A stretch of DNA of 61,426 nucleotides from Saccostrea cucullata (taxonomy: Eukaryota). Under the pieces are notes generated by a model that saw nothing but the letters and a program-made list of their open reading frames with translations, had not been told where the DNA came from and searched no databases. Shown piece by piece: positions 10,355-22,600 of the stretch. Location of the stretch: contig NW_026934762.1 in NCBI RefSeq assembly GCF_032062105.1, positions 1 through 61,426 of the forward strand, in the 5' to 3' direction. Numbering within the stretch: the first letter of the stretch is position 1; the number at the start of each line of letters is the position of its first letter. The translations under genes were made by a program, and so were the position numbers.

Positions 10355-13300
10355 TAATAACTCTGATTTGCAAATTATGTCTGAGAAAAATCATTCTCCT
10401 TTATATCTTGCATGTAACACTAATTTAAAAAGTAAGTGACAATTGGACATGTAAATTATAATAATATATAGGTCTTAAGCCCCATACTCCTCCAATGAAC
10501 ATTTTATATACATGTATGATAATATAAGTCTTCAAATTTTAAAAAAGTTTAATTTATTTCTCTTTTTCCATAGTGCATGCAGCTGTCAAATAATATTTCA
10601 TGGGTTTTATTAATGTATTCTTTAATTTACACGAACCTATTTTCATTCTGAATCTCAATTTGTATTATATTGTAGTACTATTGTGTATTTCTTAAAACTG
10701 ACGAATTGATTCTATAATAGGGATTTGTCTAGTTACCCTAAGTCCTGCATCATTCTTTACTTTAAAGATAAAGACTTTGAGACCTTGATGTCTTCCTGGC
10801 CCCAGCTCACTGTGTAATTGTTATTAATCACTGCCAATCATATATGCTCATGGAACACTAGCTATAGGCGATCAGCTCTGGCAACTATCTGTCCCCTGTG
10901 ACTTCATGGACAGTAAAGATCAGTGCTGATGCTATGATCACTTGATCGTGTTATAGATAAACATGTCTCTGCAGTCAGAAAATTGAAGCAAATTACATTG
11001 TAGAAAAGAACTAAAACAGTGAGGGAATTAAGATCTTGTTAGAGTTTTAAATTTTACTCCTTAAAATTTGGTTAGTTTCAATATATTTAAAAAACAAAAA
11101 ATGTAATGAAATTTATATACGCTGTAAAACTTTACTAATTATTCTGGCTCGGGAATAACAAATCTCAGGCCAAAGAAACATTCCACAGAATTATTTTGTA
11201 AAAAAAATAATAATAATGTGAAAACAACATCTCCTGCACTTAATTGTCAGATCTTAAGGAAGCAGAAATAAGAATCCATATTTCCAAAAAAAAAAGCCCT
11301 TAAAAAATGTTTTATTGATTTAGAATATTTTATTCAATTATTAGCACATGTATTAAAAGAAATGTTATACTGAGTAATACAGTTATACAATGTTTTGTTT
11401 TATTGATTGGCTATTGCTCATCTTCCTTCCCCCTTTTCAAAGTTAGATACTTTGATAATGAAACTTTCTTTTATTTAATTGTTAATTTCAGAAATGTGCA
11501 CTCTGAATTTCACAGATTTCTTATATCTTGGATTGCAGTGTGGGTCATTTGGGATTTAATAATTTAGCCAGCTGCAGCCAGGTCAAAAGTTTATGTTATC
11601 TGTAAAACTTCAGGTCAATTTATTAACCCCGGTCTTATCTGCTTTCATTATGTAAAAAATAATTTAAGAAGATTTTCTTCAACTCTTTGAAATTACATTC
11701 ACCAACACTGGAACACTGAGTTTCTAAGAATAAGAATTTCATTGGTGTACATATCAGGCTTGTGTTATAAAAATGAACCTTTCTAATGAAACTGAATAGT
11801 GCATTTTTTCTCCGCTTTAACCTTATAAATAAATAATTACAAAATTACGGTTATATGCATTAAATGATGGAAGTATCAACTAGTGAAACCGTTACTCGTA
11901 TTTTTAGTAATACTATTTTTCTTTTATTAGGGACCGGACACTGAATGCACAAGACATGATCTGCCGATCGACCATTACTGACATATAAAATGTTTAACTA
12001 ATATACAATTTTTTAAGATCTGAATTATAAATACTTATTTATAATTAAATAATACATATACTTAATTTATTGTTAAAGTATTAAATAATCCTTAACAATA
12101 GGTGTATGTAGGAATATAAACAAGATGCCACCTTTGGATTTTTTTTAGAATAAAATATATTTTTCAATGGGATAGTGATGATTGACAACTAAAAGAAACT
12201 TCAGATTCACTCTATTTTGGATTGAATTCCACTTTGATTAATATTAAAAATCTGTTAAAACAATCAATGCAATACATAAAATGTGACTTTGTATTTAATT
12301 ATTTATTTATTTTTTTTTTAGAAAACATGGAAAAGATTAATATATAGAATGACAAAAAAAACCTTTAAGATAAAGGTTTTGTTATATATGTTTCTTTAAA
12401 TTGTACACGTGTACTTAAGCTTTGATCATAATCCTTGCAGTTGACAACACAACAAAATATGCCTAGAATTTTTATTAAAAAAAAAAATTCCCGGTAAATT
12501 GTTTCAAAAAAGTGTTTAAATCTTTAATAATTAGTTTTTTTTAATTTTATCCTTATTATTCTAACTGCAGCATATAGTGTAAAAGGATACAATATTGAGT
12601 ATAATAATTTATTGAATTTGTGTCTTTTTTTCCATAATATTTCAAGATAACCAATTTGTAGTAAAATTTTAACATGTTTTTATAGCAGGGTATGATATCA
12701 GACAAGGTCACTATAATGCTAGCAAAGAAAAACACATGATTTTAATATATAAAGTACTCCTGATCATACACACAATTGCAAGTAAAAGAGCTAATGATAT
12801 CTTGAAAAAGAATAAACATTTGACCAGTGATCACTTAGTGAAGCCGAGGAAGCGATAATTGTCTCAGAGTCTAAGATTTCAGCATTGACCATACATAAAC
12901 AAACTATATGGCTCTGTTTCATCTAAACACATTAATTCTTTGACACACTAGATTATTCCCTTGAGCCTCGTTGAATGTGTTCTGCTCTGCTCTAAAACCA
13001 TCAGAATTAACAGTGCTGAGCATCTAGTGATTTGGATTGAACTAGGTGAAACATAGCAATAGTTCTCTTTATCAAATCAATTAATGTTTTATTAAAAAAA
13101 AGCAAATAAGACACTGACTTGGCATATAAAATATACCAGGTCTGTCCAAAACTTTAATTCAAAATAGAGTGTACGTCTCTTATCAATAATGTATAGTTAA
13201 TACATGGACATGTTAAATCATGCCAGTTTACAAATTAAAAAAATATACCCGGTAATACAAATTAAAAACACTACATAAATCTGTATATTTTGCATATTTT

Positions 13301-13830
13301 TCGAAAGTATATAGGATAAGTTCAGTGGCAGGGGGGGGGTTAATTTTTTAAGGAGCAAATTCTCAATCAAAGTTTCCTGTGTTAGGAAGCCAAAAAAATT
13401 AGTATGGACACGGACCCCACCCATCCCCACTCCCACCCCCTGACCCCCACCCCCAAAAAAGAAAAAAAATAATAAATTAATTGAGATAAGTAAATGATGA
13501 ATAATTAAAATAATTAACAAATCACAGTAAAACATGATTTTTGCCAACACACTAATGTTGAATTGAGTTACAGCGAAGTGCTTTTATTCCCTGTGTCTTA
13601 ATTATGTATTTTTATCTTCATAACGAATTTCGCTCATAATAATGCAAAATCATCTGTCGATCCCTGGCACTGCTTTTTAAACATGTTTTACTTGTATTCA
13701 ACATAATTAATCTATTTTCTGCCATGTACAGCATTTGATAACATATATTATATAGGAATTCATAGAATTTCTAATTTTCCCAACTAATAATGAAAATTAT
13801 GACTACGGTACTTACTTGATTTGTTTAGGA

Positions 13831-14550
13831 CACTTTCATCATTTCTCTGAAATGTTACTGCAAGTGGTGTCATGAGGGTATTCGTTTTCTTTTACATTGA
13901 AATCCAGGGCATATCATTTTTTCTGAAATTAAAGTAAATTTCTCATTTTAATTTACTGGTATTTGGAAGTGTCTGACAGCTTATATTTCAGCAGAATTGC
14001 TCAACTCTGACTAAGTTATTGATATAATATTTTATTTTAGTTTTTATGCAAACAAAGCATACAAAGAATTTTCATAAATTGATATTATTTGCATATATAC
14101 CTTAATAAATCCTTAACCGTGAAGAACTACAACATCCTGTTTTATTCAACAATCTTTCGATGTGATGAGCATCTTCTGAATTGAAATCGTGAACGTTTTG
14201 GTAGGGTTGAGAGACGGATGTGTTGAAGACTGATAACACACCCAAGATTATCAGTGTGCAGTGTTTTGATTGACATTTCTTCAGTTAATGGCACCACATG
14301 TTTCCATTCAAATATGTATGGAAGGGTCGCAGTTGCACATGTGAACAGCTATCATTTAAATGCAACTGTTGTTTGAAGGGGAATTCGAAATTGGAGAAAT
14401 TAGACATTGGTATTTCTGCGTGTTATACTGTGAAAAAGTTATAAAATTAGTTTTGGTCAAAAAACTGCGTGATGAAGTTAGTAGAAACACATGCATGATT
14501 TTCAAATGTCAATGGATGTTCAACTTATGGAGAATTTACTGGTCAATGCA
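13831..14550 (+). pseudogene. Heavily eroded CACTA/EnSpm-like transposase C-terminal region
   Basis: 13831-13910, with one frameshift, reads HFHHFSE(N)VTASGVMRVFVFFYIEIQG, matching the H..H....V...G.......F..E spacing around the CACTA catalytic Glu. 14284-14375 reads VNGTTCFHSNMYGRV...NSY, followed by EIGEIRHWYF, resembling the NG..(F/Y)HS..Y.R...NS...(F)G.I..F tail of these transposases. Confidence 0.5.
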
Positions 14551-14894
14551 CTGACTTTTCATAAATTAATCTTGGATGAACTATACTAAAAAAGCTAAAA
14601 GTAAGAATACTTTTCCTGAAAGATTTTTTCATTTAATAAATACATTGTATCATAAAATTTCAATTGTTAAAGAAAATTGTTTATTTTAGTGTACGAAAGC
14701 ATATATTGCTTTATACAACAGTTTTATATCATAATGATAAATGCAAGGGACCAGGGGAATGGTATAACTTTTTTTATCAATTCCTTGTTGTAGATTTATT
14801 TCTCTTGCACGATTGAAACAGTTGCCCTTTTTTCTCATTTAAAATAAAAATAAACATTTACTCTTTATTCAGCAGATATACATTCCTATATCCA

Positions 14895-15375
14895 GAGAAG
14901 TGACCTAATGACCTCAAAATAAAATGTGATCATGTATACTCCTAAAGGAGTGGTACCAACGAGTTTAATGTCTGTAATAATAAGAGGCTTTTCACAAAAT
15001 TGACTGAAAATTGATTTCCTAAAATATGTTAATTGTCAAGAATGACACGTACTTGATCTTGTGATCGAGTTATGACCCCCAAATCAAAAGTGGTCATATA
15101 TTTCTCAGGAGGACTACAGACCTAGTGCATTAAATTATTTTTCAAACATTAGAATCTCAAGTTACTTAAATATTGAGTAAACAATACTTTTTCTAATTCT
15201 AGATCAGTTTGAGCCTTGTGCTTTCGCCTTGTAACCAAAAATCAGTAGGGGTATACTAAGTTTGAAGTCCGTAAAGCAAAGGGTTCCCAAAATTTTAAGC
15301 AGACATTATTTTTCTGTGTCGAATAGTCTCAACCTTGAAATTTGAATATATGAATTCAACAGGGTTATCTACTCT
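14895..15375. repeat. Degenerate ~160-bp TGACC-type repeat remnants
   Basis: Recurrent TGACCTCAAAAT / TGACCCCCAAATC / TAACCAAAAATC heads at ~14909, 15074 and 15232, each followed by similar blocks. Confidence 0.4.
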
Positions 15376-15507
15376 TTTACGTTAGGGAGTACCTGGGTGT
15401 ACAGCTTTCTTCAAATCCAATTATACTCTGATTCATGTATAAAGTTATATAATAACATTTGAAATCAGAAGATCAGTATTCGATATGAATCCATTGTCAA
15501 TAGTTGG

Positions 15508-16693
15508 AAGAGAATGTTCCTCCAGTCCAGTGTCAAATTTTGAAATGGGGAGAGGAACGTTCAGTGTATTAAGATTCATGGTTGTAGTGTTTTTTGATAG
15601 GAATTGGTAGAGGAACGTTCCTCAAATGTACTGTTTATATACATGTAGTATGTATTATCAATTGAAATTGACTAATGAACGTTTGTGATATTGTGTGTTA
15701 AAACTTGTAAATACAGTGTCAAGTTAAAAGAGGAACGTTCCTCCAGTGTATATAGTGTCAATGTTTGAAATTGGATGAGGAACGTTCCTCAAATATGTTG
15801 TGTTTAGACTAGTTAATCCAGTGTCAATAGTTTGAAGAGGAACGTTCCTCCAGTGTACATGGTGTATATAGTATCAATATTTGAAATTGGAAGACGACTC
15901 TTCCTTTAATGCCTAATATTTGAAAATTCATGAGATGCCTACGGTAATAAGTAAATTTGAGAGAGGAATGTTCCTCAAATGCCCGATGTGTTCATTCATA
16001 AGGTATTTAAAAATACACACTGTATGTGCACATCTGTAAGAGAGGAACTTTACTCAAATGTCTGGTGATAATAAATGCATCTTAGTTTAGAGAGGGGAAT
16101 GTTCCTCAAATGTTTGGTCATAACAAATGCACCAGAAGTTCAGAGAGAGGTAGTTCCTCAAATCTCTGGTCATAACAAATGCACCAGAAGTTCAGAGAGA
16201 GGAACGTTCCTCAAATGTCTGCATAGTCATAACAAATGCACCAGAAGTTCAGAGAGAGGAACGTTCCTCATATCTCTGGTCAAAACAAATGTGTAGAAAG
16301 AGGAACGTTCCTCAAACGTTTAGTCATAACAAATGCACCAGAAGTTCAGAGAGAGGAACGTTCCTCAAATGTCTGCATGGTCATAACAAATGCACCAGAA
16401 GTTCAGAGAGAGGAACGTTCCTCAAATCTCTAGTCATAACAAATGCACCACAAGTTCAGAGAGAGGAACGTTCCTCAAATCTCTGGTCATAACAAATGCA
16501 TCTGAAGTTCAGAGAGAGGAACGTTCCTCAAAAGTCTGCATGGTCATAACAAATGCACCAGAAGTTCAGAGACAGGAACGTTCCTCAAATCTCTGGTCAT
16601 AACAAATGCATCTGAAGTTCAGAGAGAGGAACGTTCCTCAAAAGTCTGATCATAACAAATGCATCTGAAGTGTAGAAAGAGGAACGTTCCTCG
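15508..16693. repeat. Right subterminal array: ~20 copies of AGAGGAACGTTCCTCAAA; the outer part is a homogeneous 53/57-bp minisatellite
   Basis: Unit AGAGAGGAACGTTCCTCAAATCTCTGGTCATAACAAATGCACCAGAAGTTCAG repeated over ~16090-16690. More divergent spacers over 15508-16050. Confidence 0.9.
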
Positions 16694-17989
16694 AATACTT
16701 AAAACAAATCTTCAAAAAGTGAACTTGTGGAGACACATATAAGGATTTTAAGACCAAACTGACTTCAGATTGTAAACCTGGGGTGAAAAAAAGGGAATTT
16801 TGATTTTCCCTTTTAGTTTTGGATTGTGTTTTATATAATGCAATCAATTGAATACAGTTTCACAATTTGAGGTAATGCATCAATATCTAACATCCAGAGA
16901 ATTCATAAATTACAGAAAAAGACAGGGCGCTGTGTCCTAGATGATGCCTATGACAGGCCTTCATAACACTAATTTAAAAAAAAAATGTTTGTCAGGACAT
17001 GAAGAATTGACTATAAATAAGTTAGTATTATTGAAAAAAAGCTTTATGATTGAAGTCCAAACTACCTGTCTGATATGCTCAATTTCTGATCATCCATTTC
17101 CTACCATATAAGACATATTTCTAATTTTGACTTGTGTGTTTCAAAGCCAAACATATTGAAATGTCTCAAAATTCTTGTAGTATTGTAGAATGACGTACAC
17201 CACACTGGGGGAGACAACTCTTGCGATTTCAATTGAACGTTTGACGTAACGTCAAATTTAGCGTTGGTAATAAAGCGTTATGATGACAAATACTACGATC
17301 ACTGTGTATCAAACATAAAAGAAAATGGAACATGGGACTTGATTGTGATTATGAGTACCACAATCAATCCATTGTTTTTTTTTTTTTAATTAAACTGATT
17401 TACGCCCGTGAAAAATAAGACACAAAATATCATCCCTTGATATTTATTTCATTTCAGACACAATAAATTGTGTTCTTAATCAAAGTATAGCATTTTCTTT
17501 TCCTTAATATTTTATTTTAGCCTACATTGCATAAATTCTCGTTATGTACAATTGGCTACGTAATAACGTTCCGATTAATTGTGTATATTATAATTTGCAC
17601 ATACACGATATAAATATTGTTTTGTTTTTCTTTAATTAAAAAACAACAACACCAATAAGCAAACAAAAACTTTTTACAACAACGATGTCGTTTTCAGAGC
17701 CTTACTTATCAAAGAGGAACAACTCTAAAAATGTGGGTTTGTTTTCCTCCCTTTATTCACTGTTTTCCGCATACATGTATAGAATCAGCATCAATTAATA
17801 GAATCAGATACATTTACAGCAAGACCTGATAAATCCGAGAATTGGATAATATAGACCTAATACACACGATGTAAGTATAGGAATTGGAAAGGAATTGTTC
17901 ATTAGTACTGCAATTATCTGGATTTATGAATATGCAGCAAATCGTTTGACTTTCTATCATTGTCAACAATGTCGGTTCGGATTTCCTCG

Positions 17990-18552
17990 ATTCAAAACAA
18001 AATGTAAAGAATATCAATGAAGGCATGAATTAATATCAATTAAAGTAGATGAAGGATTTAACAGTTTGATATATTGAAGTGGACAAATACAGATTTTTTT
18101 TTTACTTTAGAAGCATGCATACAATATATATTGTGAGGGGTGTGCATGCATATGACATTATTCAAAACAAAACGTAAAGAATATCAATGTATGCATGAAT
18201 TATTATACAGGTAAACTTCGGTATCTCGACATCGGATATGTCTACAACCTGGGATATGTCGAGATATACGGAGTCATCGATGCGTGACAAGCAACCAGCT
18301 GACAAACAATTAGGTCAAGTAGACATATACCAGGTAAGTTTTGCTCTTGGGACTGTGAAATACGTCGAGATAATCAGGTTGTGGACATATCCGGTGTCGG
18401 GATACCGAAGTTTACCTGTAAATCAAAATTGATGAAGAATTTAACACTTTGATATATTGAAGTTAATGTGGACGAATACGGAATTTTATTTTTTTTATCT
18501 TTAGAAGCATGCATACAAAATATATTTTGAAGGTTGTACATGCATATGACAT
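17990..18552. repeat. ~170-bp tandem duplication; the second copy is interrupted by a MITE
   Basis: ATTCAAAACAAAA(T/C)GTAAAGAATATCAATG...TTTAGAAGCATGCATACAA...CATGCATATGACAT occurs twice. Confidence 0.8.
18208..18418. mobile_element. Tc1/mariner/pogo-type MITE, 211 bp
   Basis: TA|CAGGTAAACTTCGGTATC...GATACCGAAGTTTACCTG|TA with ~45-bp imperfect terminal inverted repeats (TIRs). The neighbouring tandem copy shows the empty site. Confidence 0.9.
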
Positions 18553-18600
18553 GTTTTGATGTATCCCCATGGCCATGCACTGAATTGCTTAAAATAATGA

Positions 18601-19448
18601 TGTCGCAGGCGGGCCGATAGGTCGTCACACAAAAAAGAATATAACGACTAAGTTCTTTAAATATATCACATTTATTTGGCTAATACATAATTAAAAGTTC
18701 TGGATCGGAATGTTGTTCGGGTGGAATGGCTTCCTGGACCAATTTGGGATCTACAAAATCATTGTAAATTCACATATTATAACAATTGTAAATACTAACT
18801 TGATTCGGGCTAATGCATATTATAACATACAATATATACTTTGCATTTTACTGCATACTGCATTTTACTGCAAAACTAAAGCATTTTACTGCATACTGCA
18901 TTTTACTGCATATACTAAAGCATTTTACTGCAAAACTCCATAAAATATTTATACGAAATATTTGTGTATAATAAACACCTACTTCACACCATACATTGTA
19001 GTTACTTCATACTATAATAAGACTATAATACACACGTATACTGTAAGCATACTACTAGTACTTGAAATGATAGCAATGCACACATTACTCAATCATGTAA
19101 TTTACAACAAAATTTAGAACTAAGGTCCTTGGCCATTTCAGGAAACTGTATAAGATAATAAAACCTTTAAATTCATAAAACAAACTTACCTCAGAAGAGA
19201 TGTAAAGTCTGGTCAAAATACTCTATGAAGAATACTACTGAAATGCTCGAGCAAGTGAATTACGTCTGCTCTACTCAATTGCTACACCCAAACTGACTAC
19301 ATAACAGCACCTGATTTTAAACCCGCCAAGTAAATTCTACTGAACAGATAAAACATTATGGAACACAGTTATGGCATTTCAACAAGCTACTAACATTGAG
19401 AAAAGGTGTATGTTAAAAAATATTGATGTTTGGACGTTAATTGTGACA
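18601..19448 (-). repeat. 3' LTR of the Gypsy element
   Basis: TGTCGCAGG...TTGTGACA. Internal GCATTTTACTGCATACT repeats at ~18843-18935. Confidence 0.97.
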
Positions 19449-19463
19449 CACCTCCCCTATTCA
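19449..19463 (-). other. Polypurine tract
   Basis: Minus strand reads GAATAGGGGAGGTG directly before the 3' LTR. Confidence 0.85.
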
Positions 19464-19618
19464 AATAAGTACAAAGTACTTTTACAGCTCAACAATTAAC
19501 GTATGAAGTAAAAAGAATTTCCCTTTATACTATATACATTTTTTTTTTACTTTTTGCATTAAGATAAAATAATAAAAACACTGTTCTTATTGTAAACTCA
19601 TTACTGACTGTCACTGAT

Positions 19619-22600
19619 TCACTCCCGTCGACTCAAATAATCAGCTCCAACGTTTTCCTTTCCCCTTATTGCGATAATACGGAATCTATAGTGCTGAAGA
19701 AGTAGTGCCCACCTCATAAGTCTGGAATTCACAAGTTTAGTCCGGTTAAGATACACCAATGGATGGTGATTTGTCTCCAACACGAACTCCTTACCATAGA
19801 GATATCGGTGGAATTTCTGGACCGCCCATACAATACCTAGACATTCCTTCTCAATGGTAGCATAGTGTTCCTCACTGGGTTTCAACTTCCGGCTTGCATA
19901 AGCTACGGGTAACTTGATATCGTCTTCCTCCTGTAACAGAACTGCACCTAACCCTTTGTCAGAGGCATCCGTCTGAAGAATAAAAACTTTTGAAATATCT
20001 GGTAATTTCAGTATAGGTGACTTTGTCAAGGCTGATTTTAAATGTTGAAATGCAATTTCCTGTGATTCAGTCCATTGAAGTTTATTTGACGAGAATTTCC
20101 TTGTAAGATCTGTTAAGGGAAGAGCAATATGTGCAAAGTTGGAAATAAATTTTTGGTAGAAATTTACCAACCCTAGGAAGGATCGCAATTGTTTCTTGGT
20201 AGTTGGACGACTTGCCTGTTGTATTGCTGATATCTTGTCGGGATGAGGTTGCACTTTGTCACCTCCAACGATGTGTCCTAAACACTCCAGTTCTTTGTAA
20301 CCCACAGAACACTTGGTTGGTCTAGCAGTAAGGTTTGCTGCACGTAGACGCTGAAACACTTCGGAAAGCACAAGAACATGTTTATCAAACGTGTCAGTGA
20401 ATATAAGAAAATCGTCAATGAAATTATCAACGTTTGAAACATTGTGCAAAACCTCCCGCATAAGTCGACAAAATGTCGCTGGTGCGGTAACTAAACCGAA
20501 TGGCATTTTAGTAAACTGAAAAAGCCCTAAAGGAGTTTGAAAAGCAGTTAAAGGACGAGCAGACTGAGTAAGTGAAGTGGCACCTGCCAATAACTCTTAG
20601 AAAGATCTAGACGTGAAAAGAACTTGTGACCTGACAATATTGCAAATATCGCATCCATATCTGGCATTGGCTCTGCGTCAAACACATTAATTCGATTAAG
20701 TCCCCTGAAATCTACACAAAACCGATAAGTTTTGTCTTTCTTCACAACCAAAACAATAGGTGACGAATAAAGACTTTCTGATTCTTCTATGACCCCCATC
20801 TCTAACATTTTACTTACCTCCTCCTTAACCCTTTCTATCATTGCAAATGGAATTTGCCTAGGACTTACTCTAATGGGTTTGTCTGTAGTTGTCCGTATGT
20901 CATGTTCCAATACATGGGTGTGACCTGGTTTGTCACTCAAAACGTCACTAAAACTATGCAGAAGTTCCATCAAAGTCTCCCTCTCCTGCTTACTCAGGTC
21001 TGGGTTCAAATCTACATCCTTGTATGTTTCTACCTTACATGAATCTACATACCCTTCTTGTTCATCTCCGTACTCCGACTCATCAATTTTATCTGAACTG
21101 ACAACAGACATTGCAGAACTTACCAATGGAACTGAACGTTCAATATAACTTTTCAACAAATTAGCATGATAGGTTTTGAGTTTTCCATTCATGTCTAATT
21201 GGTAGTCAACATTACCTATCTTCTTGACAATTTGGAATGGCCCTTTCCACTGCATTAACAGCTTATTACTGTCAGTAGGTAGTAAAACTAAAACTTTCTC
21301 ACCTGGCTTCATGTTACGACTTCTTGCTTTCTTATTGAAGTAAGCTCTGTGTCTCCTAAATGCTTTCTCCAGATTCTGATGGGCCAGTTCACAGGTTGAC
21401 TCTAACCGGTCTCTGAGATCAAATACATATTGATAAGTGGACTTTACCTGTGAATCCTGTATTTCCCTCGTCCAAAGGTCTTTGAGAATCGTCATAGGTC
21501 CTCGAACAGTGCGACTGTACACTAGCTCAAATGGAGAGAAGCCTAAGCTTTCTTGTGGTACTTCACGATATGCAAAGAGGACGGCTGCTAGGTACTTGTC
21601 CCAATCCTTTGGTCGATCGATACACATCCTCTTTAACATCTGTTTCAACGTACCGTTAAACCTTTCCACTAGTCCGTTACACATGGGGTGGTACAGTGTT
21701 GTCGTCAGCTGTTTCACTGAAATTAGCCTACTTACCTCCATCGTAAGTCCAGATGTAAATTGTGTACCCATGTCTGCAAGAACCTCCTCTGGTACCCCAA
21801 TACGCGAAAACATTTCTAATAAAGCCTCTGCAACCCGTTCAGTATCTATACCTGGGAGCGCTATAGCCTCTGGATATTTCGTTGCGTAATCTACTAAGGT
21901 TAATATAAATCGGTTACCTTTATCTGTCGCCGGATGCAATGGACCGATTATATCTACTGCCACTCTCTTAAATGGTACATCTATCAGAGGCATTCTGTCC
22001 AGCGGGACTTTGCTCACCTTACCTTTTGAAACAGTTCTCTGGCACGTATCACATGATTGATAGAACCGCTTAATTTCAGATTGCATACCAGGCCAAAAGA
22101 ATTCTGACAAAATTCTGGATATAGTCCTACCTGTTGCTAGATGACCTGACATAACTGATTCGTGTGCTAGCTTCATAACAATCGTTCGAAATTTAGAAGG
22201 TACTATGAGCTGTGAAAAAGCCTTACCTCCTTCCTTTTCCGATGCTTGATACTCCCTGTACAAAAGTCCTCTTTTCTCTAACCATCCTACCTTCCCATTA
22301 CGCGATATGAGACCTTCTTTTGCATTCCGACGTGATGTTTCAATGGATGGATCTGCCTGTTGTTCACGCTGTATATCCTCAGGTTTGATATCATCCTTGA
22401 CTATATCTGGAACTCTAAGAGCTGGGTAAGGTTTCTTCTTTTCTCTTGCTTGCCGTCGAGTCTCCACTGCTAAGACAGTCTTTGGTCTCCACTCTGGGTC
22501 GGGATCATGGGGTTTCCTTGCGTCATGTACCTCTCCAATGATCAAATCAAAAACAGGGTTTTCCATACACCAAACCTCAAATTCACCTGTCACATATGGA

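Larger units (their letters stand above)
8552..16828 (+). mobile_element. 8.3-kb foldback-type DNA transposon with CAC...GTG termini and long modular inverted arms; probable decayed CACTA/EnSpm (CMC) element
   Basis: CACAATCCAAAACTAAAAGGGAAAATCAAAATTCCC at 8552 is mirrored by a copy ending at 16828. Arm homology runs to ~9075 (left) and ~15905 (right). Subterminal arrays of GAGGAACGTTCCTC and internal transposase-like remnants. No TSD visible. Confidence 0.8.

Noticed and set aside
16075-16847. Overlapping short ORFs (QREERSS, ERGTFLK repeats) and their mirror ORFs at 8542-9420
   Set aside because: Translations of the minisatellite and TIR in several frames; no coding evidence.
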